Below are positions 38,503-52,400 of a DNA stretch of 64,000 nucleotides, in pieces; the first letter of the stretch is position 1; each line of letters opens with the position of its first letter. A model generated the notes under the pieces. It searched no databases. It was not told the DNA's origin and saw nothing but the letters and a program-made list of their open reading frames with translations. A program made the position numbers and the translations under genes. The stretch covers positions 50,282,001 through 50,346,000 of the forward strand of contig OX597823.1 in assembly GCA_951406725.2 (NCBI GenBank). The letters are read 5' to 3'. Source of the DNA: Octopus vulgaris. Its lineage: Eukaryota.

Positions 38503-39269
38503 GCCATTCTTGTGGCTTATCATTACCATATGTTCAGATCATCTTGAAATGATATAAATTGTTGGCCTGTGACTAATATTCAAATAGGGTGAAGTTTATT
38601 TGCTGATGTACTGCGGTGCAGCTCATATGAAAGTAAATTAAAAATACGAATGAAAAGCAGCACTAGTAATGTAAACATTATCGGTCGCACATACACAGTG
38701 TATGTGTCTTGTTTATACGACTTCACTCCCTCGGACAAATCATTGTGCTGAACCCTTTAATATTTATTAGCGGGACCTGTGAATATTTCACGAAATCCAT
38801 GGTAAATCTATTGGGTTATTTCTGAAAACTTTATCCAAAAAATCTGAAGGCGTAGCCTGTGTTGTGTCTGTATGGCAAGATAGTCGCTCATCTGCTACTC
38901 ATTAAAAAGTGAAAGAAATTGGAATACGATGATTGCTTAATGCACTTTATATATACACTTTATAATCTTTATGCACAATTTTATAGACTTAATGCACAGC
39001 ACCCATAAAATAAATATTCACTCTTATTTCCCCATTTCCCCCATAAACATAAAAAAAAAATTCCGTACATATGATACAACCTTTAGTTAAATTGCATATA
39101 TTTGCTACGTAAATAAGCGTGGATATTTCACAGAATTGCACTTATGCGCATGCATTAAATGATGGGTGATATAAAAAAAACTTAGTCCAATTTAAAAAAA
39201 CAAACACTTTTTACTATCCAATCACCACCGCCACCTCCATCACCTCCATCTCTACCACCCCTCTCCATT

Positions 39270-39310
<41 letters not shown>

Positions 39311-40484
39311 CTTTAACCACACCATCAGAACATCACCCCTCCGCTAAAATTATATTTTAAACTCTCCTCCTCTACCTTCAACTAACTTTTTTAACCACGT
39401 AGTAAATATTACGTTTTTTTCTACCTCGCGTCATGGACGGTTCTCTCTCCCTCTGTTTCATTATCCTTCTTTCTGTCTCAGTCTTCGCCTTATCCTTTTT
39501 TCTCTCTCCTCTCTTTTCCTTCAACCAATCAAATAAAAGCATTACAATTACATACCCTCTACCTCACGTCACGGACGCTTCTCTGTCCCTGTTTTTCTCC
39601 CCCGCCTCAGTTTTTCTCTCTCCCACTTTTTTTTCTTTAATCACATGAAAGCGTTACCGACAGGTTAACTAATGCAACAACAAACGGAATTATTATAAGA
39701 TTTATGGACAGCAATCCATAGTATTCATAGGTCATTATTGGGACCCTAGACGTGTGAGGCCCTTGGGCAACTGCCCAGTGTGCTCATGCCTTTAAGTCAG
39801 CACTGCCATCATCAAAGGCATTCAGATTATGAGTATGGGAAATTTTTTAGGCAGTAATGTACCATAGATACGTTATCCAGCAAGCTCACTTTTTTAGACT
39901 GTATGATTTAGTCTGAGAGATTTGGTTACTATTTCTTGCAGTTTGAGCTACCAGATTTCTTGCCGATTGAGCTACCTTGTTTTGATGAAAGGTATTTTAG
40001 CTGTGATCATTAATTTCTTTTTCTGTTTTCGGACAATGTATTTACGATTAAAATATACAATTTTCTAAATACTCTTTAGGGTAGATTTCGCTATTTCTAA
40101 ACTATTGTAGATGGATGTAAAGTCTAAATATTAAAGTGAAAGCGTAAAAGGCAAGCGTTAAGCTGGTGAAACAAAACGCGTCGATACGACTCTTATAATT
40201 CCGCGGGATGATATTTTACTGGTTCAAAGTAATTTGGTCACGATGTAGGAGCTATGCCTATTGGCTCCACAATGTCCTCACGCCGTAACTATCCTACCTT
40301 CCTTTCTTTTTTTTAGAATATACCTTCAGTCAGTGTGTCGTTTCAGACGGTACTGTATAATTTGAGGGATATTTAAAACATCATTGCTTCCTGAAATTCG
40401 CCAATACTACACCCGATATCTTCACCTCCATACGCATGCACACATATATATCATGACTCATACACTGTTCACTTTCTTGACATA

Positions 40485-41773
40485 CGAGGGGCGTTCAATA
40501 AGTAATGCCCCTGACCCACTTCCCATAGCAGTAGAGCAACGAAACTTGGTACAGTTATTAGTCTTTTTCTACATAGGAACCACCCAGAGTTACGCATTTC
40601 TCCCATTGTTTGATGCAGCTCTGGAGACCGTTTTTGTAGAAGACCCCAGCTTGATCCTCCAACCTGAACGTGACTTCAGAAATCAAGGCTGCATCATCTG
40701 GGAAACGCTTTCCTTTCAAAAACAACTTCATGACTGGGAAGAGGTGAAAATCGGAGGGTGCAAGGTCAGGAAAGTAGGGGATGGGGGAGGAGTTCATAGC
40801 CATACGCCTGTGCTTCTGATCTGGCGACAAGCGAGTTGTGAACCGGAGCGTTGTCCTGCAGGAGGAGGATGCCTTTGCTGATCTTGCCCCGCCTCTTGAT
40901 TTTGATAACTTCTCTTAATTTCCTCAAAAGTGAAGCATAATAGGCTCCTGCAATTGTGGTACCCTTTGCCAAGAAATCTGTCATCACTACTCCGTCCTGG
41001 TCCCAGAAGACTGTGAGCATGACCTTGCCAGCGGAGGGCTGCACCCTTGCCTTCTTTGGATGGGGTGAGTCACGGTGCTTCCATTGCATTGACTGGGCTT
41101 TGGTTTCTGGATCATCGTGATGGACCCAGGTTTCATCCTGTGTAATCAGTCTTTTGAAAAATTTTGACTCATCTTCTTGGCACATCTCCAAATTCACCCT
41201 CGAGCACTCGACGCATTCTTGCTTCTGGAAAGGCGTGAGCAACCTGGGAATCCATCTGGCAGACACCTTTTGCATATGCAAATGGTCATGAATGATAGTT
41301 TCCACAGACCCGGTACTAATCTTGACCTCATGGGCTATTTGGTGAATAATTATGCGTCGATCTTCCAAAATGGCAGCCTCAACTTGACGGACAGATGCCT
41401 TATCAATGGCAGAAAGGGCGACCAGATCTGGGAGCTGTTTCCACAGAGTTCCGACCATGTTTGAATTCACGATGTCAGCGTTTTACAAGGTCATATGATG
41501 GGGCATCATCACCATAAGTTACTTTCATGTCATCAAAAGTCTCCCGTGGTGTGCGTCCTTTCAAATAAAAAAACCGGATCACTGCTCGACACTCAACAGG
41601 CTCCATTTCACACTTGACTCGGTTCAAACACCTGTAAATCAGAAACCACAATTAATTCAGAGCTGTAATTTGCCACTTACTCTATAGAGATATAGATGAT
41701 TGCACATGCAAAATTTCAGCTAGATCAAACAACTGCAAGTGGGTCAGAGGCATTACTTATTGAACGTCCCTCG
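40485..41773 (-). mobile_element. Full-length mariner transposon
   Basis: TIRs cgaggggcgttcaataagtaatgcc / ggcattacttattgaacgtccctcg, TA TSD, 1289 bp. Confidence 0.95.
40558..41606 (-). pseudogene. Mariner DD34D transposase with stop and frameshifts
   Basis: MEPVECRAVIRF start; WIPRLLT, ITQDETWVHH, LLLQDNAPVH, PDLAPSDFHLF motifs split across frames. Confidence 0.92.
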
Positions 41774-42211
41774 TACATACATAATTGTATGTAGCATACA
41801 TGCACCTTTGATGCTTTGAAGTGAACCAGAGCACTATACGCAATAATTTCATTCTCCGTATTATTACTATCCTATTATAAATTTGAGTGATGTTTCTCTG
41901 CCCGTTATGTTTTCATGTTCGTTAACTTCTAGATTGTTGGTGCAAGGACAAGGGGCAATTTTTTTAAGGGCCACCCAATTAGGGCTACACTAACAACCCT
42001 ATTTTAACTGCATTTTAAACTAAATACATAGCATTGGCGACCAAATCGGAGCAATGACAAAGAATTTCATACCATGAACTCCCAGGCAGTATCGTAAGAG
42101 GTTCAATTTCTGAAGGGCCGCTTAAATGGATCCCCCACTGACCCCCTCCCCCTGTTTTTACTGTATTTACCTCGCTCCTACGCTTATTAATTAAACTATG
42201 ATCAGTATGTG

Positions 42212-42464
42212 TGGAGGCGCGTGGCTTAGTGGTTAGGGTGTCAGCATCATGATCTTAAGATTGTGGTTTCGATTCCTGGACCGGGCGACGCGTTGTGTCC
42301 TTGAGCAAAACACTTCATTTCACGTTGCTCCAGTCCACTCAGCTGGCAAAAATGAGTAACGCTGCGATGGACTGGCGTCCCGTCCAGTTGGGGAACACAC
42401 ACGACATTGAAACCGGGCCGGGCCCATAAGCCTGGCTAGGCTTTAAAAGGGCGCATTTATTTTT
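42212..42464 (+). mobile_element. tRNA-derived SINE just upstream of SNRNP40
   Basis: A and B boxes; 15-bp TSD tatgatcagtatgtg at 42197 and 42465. Confidence 0.88.
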
Positions 42465-42704
42465 TATGATCAGTATGTGCTTAGCACATTTGCAGAAGTT
42501 TGGGCATTCAAAATACCTTCAGGTACATTCAAATCGAGATACAGAGTTATAACAAGTACATTTCAAGTGTGGTAGTATGGATGTTTATGTTTTGTAGTTT
42601 ATGAAATTTATGGCTAGTTATTTAAATTCACTAACTTTGAAAAAGTAAAAATTGCACTTTAAATTATCTCCCTTGAACTTAACTAGAAAAGTTTTGCTAA
42701 CCTA

Positions 42705-42765
42705 TTTCTAGACATGCGCAGTAACGATATTTATTCATAAACTTCCGTTAAAGTGCCGGTTCATT
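42705..42765 (+). promoter_or_regulatory. Probable SNRNP40 promoter with NRF1-like (acatgcgcag) and ETS-like (acttccg) motifs
   Basis: Housekeeping-type motifs 70-120 bp upstream of the ATG; motif matches only. Confidence 0.45.
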
Positions 42766-42827
42766 TTCCTTCCTTTTACTTGTATTATTTGTTTATCTCT
42801 CAAATAATTATTAATTACTCTTCCAAT

Positions 42828-42932
42828 ATGGATCTTAAAAGAAAAGCTTCCGAATCGGTGATTGTTCCGTTTAAGAAACCAAGAAATGAAATCGTTCCTA
42901 TGCATAGGAAGAATCTATCTGTAGTACAATCG
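42828..42932 (+). CDS. SNRNP40: SNRNP40 exon 1 (coding part)
   Basis: ATG at 42828; MDLKRKASESVIVPFKKPRNEIVPMHRKNLSVVQS; donor gtgaga at 42933, phase 0. Confidence 0.85.
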
Positions 42933-43185
42933 GTGAGATGATGTTTGTGATTCTTGTGTCTGTTTTTGTCTGTTGTTAACCAGTTTGGTTTATTGGAATA
43001 TATTTTTGTTCAGTTATTTAAATGTGTTCGTATTTTCGTTATTTACAAAGTTAAACTTTAAATCATATAAAAAAAAAGAGACAAACGAACAAATTAGATA
43101 GTCAAAAACTAATTGATATTTAGAATATTAAGTCAATATGTATACATAATACGAACCACACGTGTCCAAACTAATATATGTATGC

Positions 43186-43241
<56 letters not shown>

Positions 43242-46200
43242 GCATGTATATATATTCTGAAATGTACAGTATTACACATATCCATCACGGATAATATACC
43301 CACTCTATTGACAGATATACAAATACATCTTTTTCTTGACGACTATTCACATATATATATTCACGAACGAAAGTAACCAGACACTTCTGTACACAACCTT
43401 GGTATTGGTTATTTTGTTATTAACTGAATTATTCGCTTGTAGTTTACTTTCCTTGCTCTGATATGGAGGTAATAAAGAACAATAGTGACCCAAATCTACT
43501 ATAATATCAATAATTATTAAGGGAAAAATATCCCAGGGGAGTCTTCTGCATACGGCACCGGCATATAGATCTCTCTAATGTAATTACACTGAATCGAAAA
43601 ACTGGTTAGCTGTTTTTTTTTTTTTTTTTCATGCAGTTAGCAGGCTAGACTTCTGTTTGGTGTTGTTTAAAAGTTAAATATAAGCAAGAATGATAGCTCT
43701 AATTACATCAGCTTGTTGCAATTTTCGGAAAATAAAGCTTTGCAGATGGGAACTAATTACTGAAAATCATCGGCCATGTGTTCGGTCTTCTTTTACTCCA
43801 ACTCACTCAGTGAAACATATTCTTTGCAAATGTGAACAGTTAAAAGTGACCCCTAGCTTATTTTTAGATTTTGAACGCTATTAGAGTAGATACTGTCTAT
43901 TAACTATACGGATTATCTCAGGTAATCGTTCCGGCTTACTATATCATATTTGTGAGATCTTGCCAGATCTACTCAAAATATAATTAAATAATGGCAGAAT
44001 CGCTAGCACGCCGGGCAAAATGCTTGGCGGCATTTCGTCTGTCGTTACGTTCTGAATTCAAATTCTGCAGAAACCAACTTTGCCTTTCTTCCTTTCGAGG
44101 GCAATAAAATAAGTACCTGTTGAACAATGGGACCAATGTAAATGAACTTACCTCCTTCCCTGAAATTCCTGTCTTTGTGCCAAAAACCCAAAAGGTGCTA
44201 TGATTCTTTTTATGATTTCAGTTAGTGCTGTATATTCTTTTGAGTTTATTATCGTAATGTGTAGAATCGTTTAGCTCCAGTGAAATTGTAAAAAAAAAAA
44301 ACGAACTATTACCTATGCCAAAAGAATAAAAGGTAAATTTAGTAATTTTTATTATTGAGTAGTTCTAGAAAAGGGTGATACTTGTAACTTTTGAAAAGCC
44401 TTCCAGACTGGTAAGTTCGAAATAGTTGATGTTCTGTGAATTTCTCTAAGTGAAATTGCAACATCAAACTTTGCATTAGAGTGCTCTATGACGGAATGAG
44501 ATGACTGGATGAGGATATGTGGTTACTTGCAATTTGGTTTGGCTGACTGGACATTGAACCAGTTTTGGCAACTGTATTTTTTGGCACTTTTTGGCTAACA
44601 CATACATCCACATGTACACTTACAGAGGGAGTGAGACATTACAGTTTATTTATAACATAATTGATTTAAACATTTCCCTCTCCTCATGTGCATAAAGGGA
44701 AATATAGTCACCCGCATAAACAGCGAGAGAGAACATGAGAAACATTAAAACATCTGATGTCAAATAAATCAGGTTGTTAAAATGGCTGCACCAAAAGGTC
44801 TTATATCTGATGTACTATATGGTACATCAAAGCATCTAATATCTGTATACATATACATGCATTTCAATTCTTGTTGAAATCACCCCCAACAACTGTGTAC
44901 TATCTTCATCTTTCCACAAACTCACTGCTTATAAACCCATTAGGGATTGAAGTAAACTAGATAAACCAGTTTGGATATTTTAGCACTTTTTTTAGGTAAC
45001 TTGATCAAACATTAAATTACTGATGTATTAAAGTGTTTCATTTCATTGCTATAGCATACTATAAGACATATCTATATATCTCTGTTAGATGTTTGGTAAC
45101 ATTCCAGGTTACCATTTCAAGCCATGCCAACTCATAAAGGCTGGTTTCCATGGTGTATGAATTCCTCACCTGGAGAGAACACCAGTCTGTCGCAGGATTA
45201 CTCATTTTTGCCAGCTGAGTGGACTGGAGCTATGTGAAATGAAGTGTTTTGCTCAAAAGCACAACATGTCACCTGGTCCAGGAATCCAAACCACAATCTA
45301 ATGATCATGAGTCCGACACTCTAACCACTAATCCATGTGCCTCCACTGCTGTAATTTGTGGATGTTATGATTAGATGTTCTTATTTAACTTAGGGCAATT
45401 GGAAATAAGATCTGATTATACACTGATAGCAAAGATTACTAACTAAAGACATAGATTTAGTTATGCCTAATCACTGCTAATGCTGAACAATATTCTTTAA
45501 AATGAATAATGGAATAAATATATGTTGAATATATTTATGCTAGCATGGCTGTGTGGCAAGAATTTTCCTTCTCAACCTTATGGTCTCTGGTTCAGTCCCT
45601 CTGTGTGGCACCTTGGGCAAATGTCTTCTACTACTGCTCCAGGCTAGTCAAAGTCTTGGGGAGTAGATTTGTTAGAGGAAACTGTGGAAGCCTATCATTT
45701 GTAGTGTGCTTGTGTGTGTTTGTATATATGTGTTGTTATTACCTCTATGCTTTAAATTCATGTAATACTTGTAAATGAATGTCATCATTATGCAGGCAAG
45801 TGGTGCCCTTCATTCCCAGTCTCCTGTGAAAACATAGACATCAGGAAATATTACCTTACTTGGTGTGTGTTGAAGTCAAGAAGGGCTTTAGCCTGTAAAA
45901 AAAAAAATCCTCCTTAACAAATTCCATCCTACCCATGCAAGCATGGAAAAGTGGACATTAAATGATGATGATATGTTACATGTTATATCTATTTTTTCAG
46001 GGAATTCCTCGAACTTCAAATCTTGAAGCTCCGATAATGCTTCTAACTGGTCATGAAGGTGATATTTTTACTGGAAAATTTTCTCCTGATGGTAGATTTT
46101 TGGCAACTTCTGGATTTGATCGAATGATTTGTAAGTTAATTTTTTTTTTAATATGTTTCTTTTCTGCCAAGCATTGGTTAGAATAGTGTTGGTTGTAGTG

Positions 46201-49200
46201 ATGGAGGCTGGAATGTACATCTTCATTGAATTTTGCACTATATTCCTGTTAAATTTTTACTTATTGCTCACTTCATCACCCTCTCTCCTATCCACAGTAC
46301 CATATGTAAAGAGGAATGGCATTTAATCTATCCATATTTCCTCACTCTTCTTTGCTTCCACCTTTACCCTTTTAACACACTTCCTCTCTTCCATCATGAT
46401 GCCTGTGTAACAAGGGACAGCATCAGACCTTTCCATATTTAGTTTGCTCTACTATCACTCTTTCCATGTGACTCTACATTGACATCTACCATTCCCACCA
46501 TTGCTTATCTCTGTTGCTAATCATTATTTGTTAGGGTGTTGCACTCATGATTGTGAAATCATGGTTTTGATACCCAGACCAGGCACTTCATCTCATGTTG
46601 TTCTGTGTTCACTTCAACATCTGTTATGTAGCACATTGTGCACTTGTACAGGCAATGTTGATCTGATGGAGGCAGTGAGCTAACGTACAGCACAAACATT
46701 TGATCACTATAAACCAATCATCTGTACAAGTTGTTCAACAAGAAATTGTAGAACCATCTTACTTGGACTTGAGAGACATGTTTCTTAACATCACCCTTTT
46801 TTTTCTTGTTATCCCATCATGTAACTTATCCTCTTTTGCTATTCACTTCTCTCCTTTCTCTACTTATAATTCTTTTCCTCTACCATACTCTATATATTTT
46901 CACCACTGTTGCCCTTTTAGCTATCGTTCTCTCTTATATATAGTTTCCCAGTTATGTTTGCCTTGGAAACATTGAGAGGACGTCTTGCAACAAACAAAGC
47001 AACCCCTCTGGTACTGGTGCCTTGATAAAATGCCTTCAGTACATTCTGTAAAGTGGTTGGTGTTCAGGAGGATATCCACTTTCTGCATCCATGCCAAAAA
47101 TGATATCTATGAATGAGATATGGTCCTCGAGCCTGTCAATTTGGACCTTATCTTTTCTAGTTTCTGAAGCATAATAAAGTTCCCTTAACCCACTAGCCTT
47201 TAAACTGGCCATATCTGGCTTAAATATTCTACCTATTTTATGTTTAGACTAGTCAGATCCTGCCTCTCACAATTAACATACAATAGATTTACAAGCTGGT
47301 AGAATCACTAGCACACTGGGTGAAATGCTTAGCGGTATTTTGAACGCTCTGAGTTTAGCGGTATTTGTCTGCGGTATTTAGCGGTATTTTGAACGCTGTG
47401 AGTTCAAACTCCTCTGGTGTCGACTTTGCTTTTCATTCTTTTGGGGTCGATTAAATAAGTACCAGTTACACACTGAGGTCGATGTAATCAACTCAATCCC
47501 TTTGTCTGTCTTTGTCCCCTCTTTGTTTAGACCCCTGTGGGTAATAAAGAAATAAATGTCATTCTAAAAATGAACATTCACATTATTGAGATCTTGAAGC
47601 TATTAGATAATGCATGATTAATTCAGAACAATCTAAATAAATAAGTATTATATTTGACAGAGTAATCTGAATGCTAAAAGGTTAAAAATACATATTTTTA
47701 ACCTCAAAATGACCATGGGATGAACTCAAAAACTTTTATACAAAAACCACTGCACGATTTCATGTTTTCATCATATTCTAATTCTTGTCCTCTTATTCTA
47801 GTTGTGATTAAATATCTATAAGGAAATTTATAATTTTCTTCATTGTAGTTTTTTGGAATGTTTATGGAGAGTGTGATAACCTTGGTGTTCTGCGTGGCCA
47901 TACTGGAGCAGTTATGGAGGTACATTTTTCTACAGATGGCAGGTGAGTAAAATTCTGTTTATTTCTCTAAGTAAATCATGGAATTACCTTGTACTTGATT
48001 TGCTATTATAAAATGTGTGACAGCCAGAGTTGGCTTCATAAAGATTCAGTTGAATTTACACATATCCATTTCTCCATTTTTTATACCCTTCCATGAAATA
48101 CCTGCTCTGTGAACTGTTCTTTGTAGAAACCTTGTCATGAGGTAATTCTTAAATAAACAAAGTATCCAACAAATGGTGAGCTTAGTAAAGTATGGGTTCT
48201 GTTGGTGGCTGTTTTTGTATATCACTTGAAAAACTCATGATTGTTTCATTGCTGTTTTAACATCCCCTTTTTCATGCTTTGCATGGGTTGAATGGAATTT
48301 GTTGAGGAAGACTTTTTAAGGCTGGATACCCTTCCTGTCACCAACCCTCACCTGTTTCCAAGTAAAGTAATATTTCACCATGGCCAGACATGTTTTCATG
48401 GATGATTGGAAACAAATGACACTGTTTGTATGGTGGTGACACATACATCTATCACGTGATGTCAAGCCAAGGAGAAAGTAACATACCTGCACACACACAT
48501 GACAAGCTTCTTTCAAATTTCTATCAACCAAATTCACTCATGAAGGATTTGGTCAGCCTGTGGCTATAGTAGAAGACATTTGCCCAAGGTACCATACAAT
48601 GGAACTGAATCTGGAACCAGCTGAACACTGGGGTTAATTTAATCCACTTAGCTCCTTTCCCTCAAAATTGCTGGACTTGTGTCAAAATTTGAAACCAGTA
48701 TTATATTAAGCTTATAAATCTGCTTTTGTTTTTGCAGCCAGCTGTTTACAGCATCAACAGATAAGAACCTTGCCATTTGGGATGTAGAAGCTGGTGCGCG
48801 TATCAAGAAACTGAAAGGGCATCAAGACTTTGTAAATTCCTGCTGCCCTGCACGCCGTGGACCACAGTTAATATGTAGTGGAGCAGATGATGGCAACTAT
48901 CAAGGTTTGTCTCTCTCTTTCTCTCTCTCAGCCAATGCAAAAATTTGTTACAATGGAGACATTACTGATCTTTAAACTTTTCATCTCTCTGTGTAAAGCC
49001 CTCTTCCTTCATAGACTTTGTAGTCTTACAAGCTAATGGTGACCAAACTAGTGCTGGTGACATGACATAAAGCACCCTGTACATGCTGTGAAGTGGTTGG
49101 CATCAGAAATGGCATCCAGCTATAGAAACCATGCCAAAGCAAACACTGAAACACAATGTGGTCATTTTACCCTGTCGAATCATCCGATCCATGCCAGTAT

Positions 49201-49410
49201 GAACACGGGTGTTAAATAATGATGATAGGCCCAGCCATGGCTCTGTGGTAAGAAGCTTGCTTTCCAACCACATGGTTCTGGGTTCAGTCCCACTGTGTGG
49301 CACCTTGGGCAAATGTTTTCTACTATAGCCGCCTTGCACATTTCAAAGCCTTCTGAGTGGACTTTGTAGACGAAATCTGAAAGAAGCCTGTTATGTTGTG
49401 TATGTGTGTA

Positions 49411-49444
<34 letters not shown>

Positions 49445-52400
49445 TATACGTGTGTGTGTGTGTGTCTTTGTGTCATCACCACATGACAACCAGTGTTGGT
49501 GTGTTTACATCCCTGTAACTTAGTTGTTCAGCAAAAGAGACCAATAGAATAAGTATCAGGCTTTAAAAATGAAAAAAATTAAAGAAGATAAATAAGGGAG
49601 TCAATTCATTTGACTGAAAATTCTTCAAAGCAGTGCCCCAGCATGACCACAGTCTAATGACTGAAACATGTAAAAGGTGAAAAAAAGATAGTACCTCACC
49701 ATCAATTGAATTTATTGCCCAGTCGCTTTCATCTAATCCAAACAAGCATTAAATACAGAAACCAATATCTGTAACTCCTAATCTATGTTGGCTTAGTTGA
49801 GCTAATTATTAGATATATCCACTTATTTGACACCACTGCTAATCTCTAGTCACCATCAGAACTGCTGGATGTAACGAAATAAACTGGATTTAGCAGAGTT
49901 GCTGGAGCATAAGACAAAATCTGTTGCAGTATTTATTCTAGTCCTCTGTGCAAGAATTGACACTCTGCATAGAGCATGGAGCATGATGGCCTGGTTCTCT
50001 GACAGTTACGATGACAAATGTTCCATTTGATTTAGTCAATAGAACAACCCGCTCATGGAATTAATGTGCAGGTGGCTGACAGCCCCACAAACACGCATAA
50101 ATTAGTTCTCAGGGTGATTCAACGTGACACAGAATGTGACAAGGCTGGCCTTTTGAATTGCAGGTACAGCTCACTTTTGCCAACTGAGTGAACTGGAGCA
50201 ACGTGAAATAAAGTTTTGTTCAAGACAAAAATGTGCTGATAAGAGTCAAACTCATGTCCAAGAGTCAAATACCTTAACCACCAAACCATGTGCCTTCACA
50301 TCATGGAATATCCAGCATTCTAGTCTGATTGGTGATGTGAATGCTTTCAGATATTTGGGTACTTAGGGTCTGTTTGAGTAGTGTTAACTGGAGATATTCA
50401 GCAAAGCATTCTGTTCTTTTGTTTCAATGTGCCTTTGAAGGGTTTAGTTGATTTAATGAACTCCAGGACTTATTTTAAATTTGGTATTTATTCTATTGGT
50501 TCTCTTTTGGTGAACCACTAAATTACAGGAATGTGAACAAATCAACATATACAAACACAAAAATGCACACACTTAAACATACATATATAAACATACATAT
50601 ACACATGTAAAAAGTACTCAATATATTCAGTTAAGTGGTTGGCATTAGGAAGGGCATCCAGCTGTAGAAACCATGCCAAAACAGACAATGGAGCCTGGAG
50701 TGGCCCCTGACTGTACCAGCTCCTGTAAAATTACCCAACCCATGCTAGTATGGAAACAGTCATTAAATGATGATGATAACATAACACAAGCACACACAGA
50801 CATAACATTCAAACATGGATTTTCTGTCTAACAGATTCACTCACAAGTTATTGATCAGTCTGGGGCTATAATAGAAGACACTTGCTCAAGGTACCATGCA
50901 GTGGAACTGAACCTGAAACCACATGACAGCAAAAAAGCCTCTTAACCATGCAGCCATGATTAATTAGAAACTTTTTTTTAACATCATCAATACTAACTAC
51001 TGAACAGATCGAGCTGTGATAATTACAATTACTGATGTTAAGTTTATTTTAATGAAATCTCTATGTTGCTTGACATGCTGGTAAATTCTGAGTAATGTGA
51101 AACAGAGGTGGGAAACTTTTTAGTGCAGGGGGCAAAAATTTACAAAGAAAAAGGTCCACAGGCGGAATGTAAGTTCTAACTCTTATATCTGTGTAGATTT
51201 TGTATATATCTATGTATAATTCGATATACATTAATAAAGATAAGTTTAACACATTAAATTAATGCGTAACATCTTCATTAACACCACCATTGAATTTAGC
51301 CCATTTATATTACTTATGAGGTATTCTATATTTTTCAGCTAGAGTGTAGTTGGGTCTGAATGGGGTGGTACAAACCTAGCAATGTGTTTTATAGTGAAAA
51401 CAAAATTTCCATTCAAATGGCAATTACCGGACGAGTTTCTGTTCTTTTACAAAGAAAAAGGTCCACAACTTATGTTACAAAAAGGCATATGAATATTGTT
51501 TAAATTTTATAACTGAAAAACTTACTATATTTTGTACATACAAGTATATCAGCCAGTGGGCAAAATAAAATGGGCTTGTGGGTGCAATCGCGCCTGCGGG
51601 CGGGGGTTTCCTCACCCCTGCTGTAAAACAAAAGAAAAAAAAAACAGGGTGGTCATGGCTGGAAAACCATTTGATCATAGGTTTCTGCTCTCTAGACTAG
51701 CCTGGTGGCTAAACTAAAATTGCTTTCTGTGTATCTTTTATTCTTTTCACTTGTTTCAGCTATCAGACGGTGACCATGCTGGAGCACTGCCTTGAAAGAG
51801 TTTAGTTGCACAAATCAACCACAGTACTTTTTTTGTTTTTAAATTTGATACTTGTTCTGTTGGTTCTCTTTTGCCAAACTGCTAAGTTACTGGGATATAA
51901 ACAAACCAGCACTGGTTATCAAGTAGTGTCATAGGGACAAACACAAACACACACATATATACACACAACAAACTTCTTTTAGTTCTGTTTACCAAATCCA
52001 CTCATAAAGCTTTGGTTGGCTCAAGGCTATAGGTGGCACTTACCTGAGGTGTCATACAGTGGGACTGAACTTGAACCATGTTGTTGGGGGAGCAGACTCC
52101 TTACTACATAGCCACACTGTTAATTATTTTATTGTAAAATATTGGGTTACTCTGTTAAGCACATTTCACAAACGCGGAGTGTTGTTGATTTGGCTCTATG
52201 GAAGGTAGCCAACTCTTCTAGGGTTTGAATTCAAAATCCAGACTTAAGAAATGAGCAAAAAAAAGTAAACACTGCAAGGATTTTAGTTTGGCACTTGGTT
52301 ACTAATTTCGACATAAAGAGTGAAGGATTCTTTCACTGGTTTCAGTCATTTGACTGCGGCCATGCTGGAGCACCACCTTAAGAGGTTTTTAGTTGAAGAA

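Noticed and set aside
47325-47405. Short repeated ttagcggtattt units resembling a repeat-spacer array
   Set aside because: Local microduplications inside a family B SINE; not CRISPR-like.
48738-48742. Second acceptor 4 nt downstream (cag-ccag) as a rescue of the exon 4 frameshift
   Set aside because: It fixes the length but reads exon 4 out of frame and hits TAG after about 15 codons.
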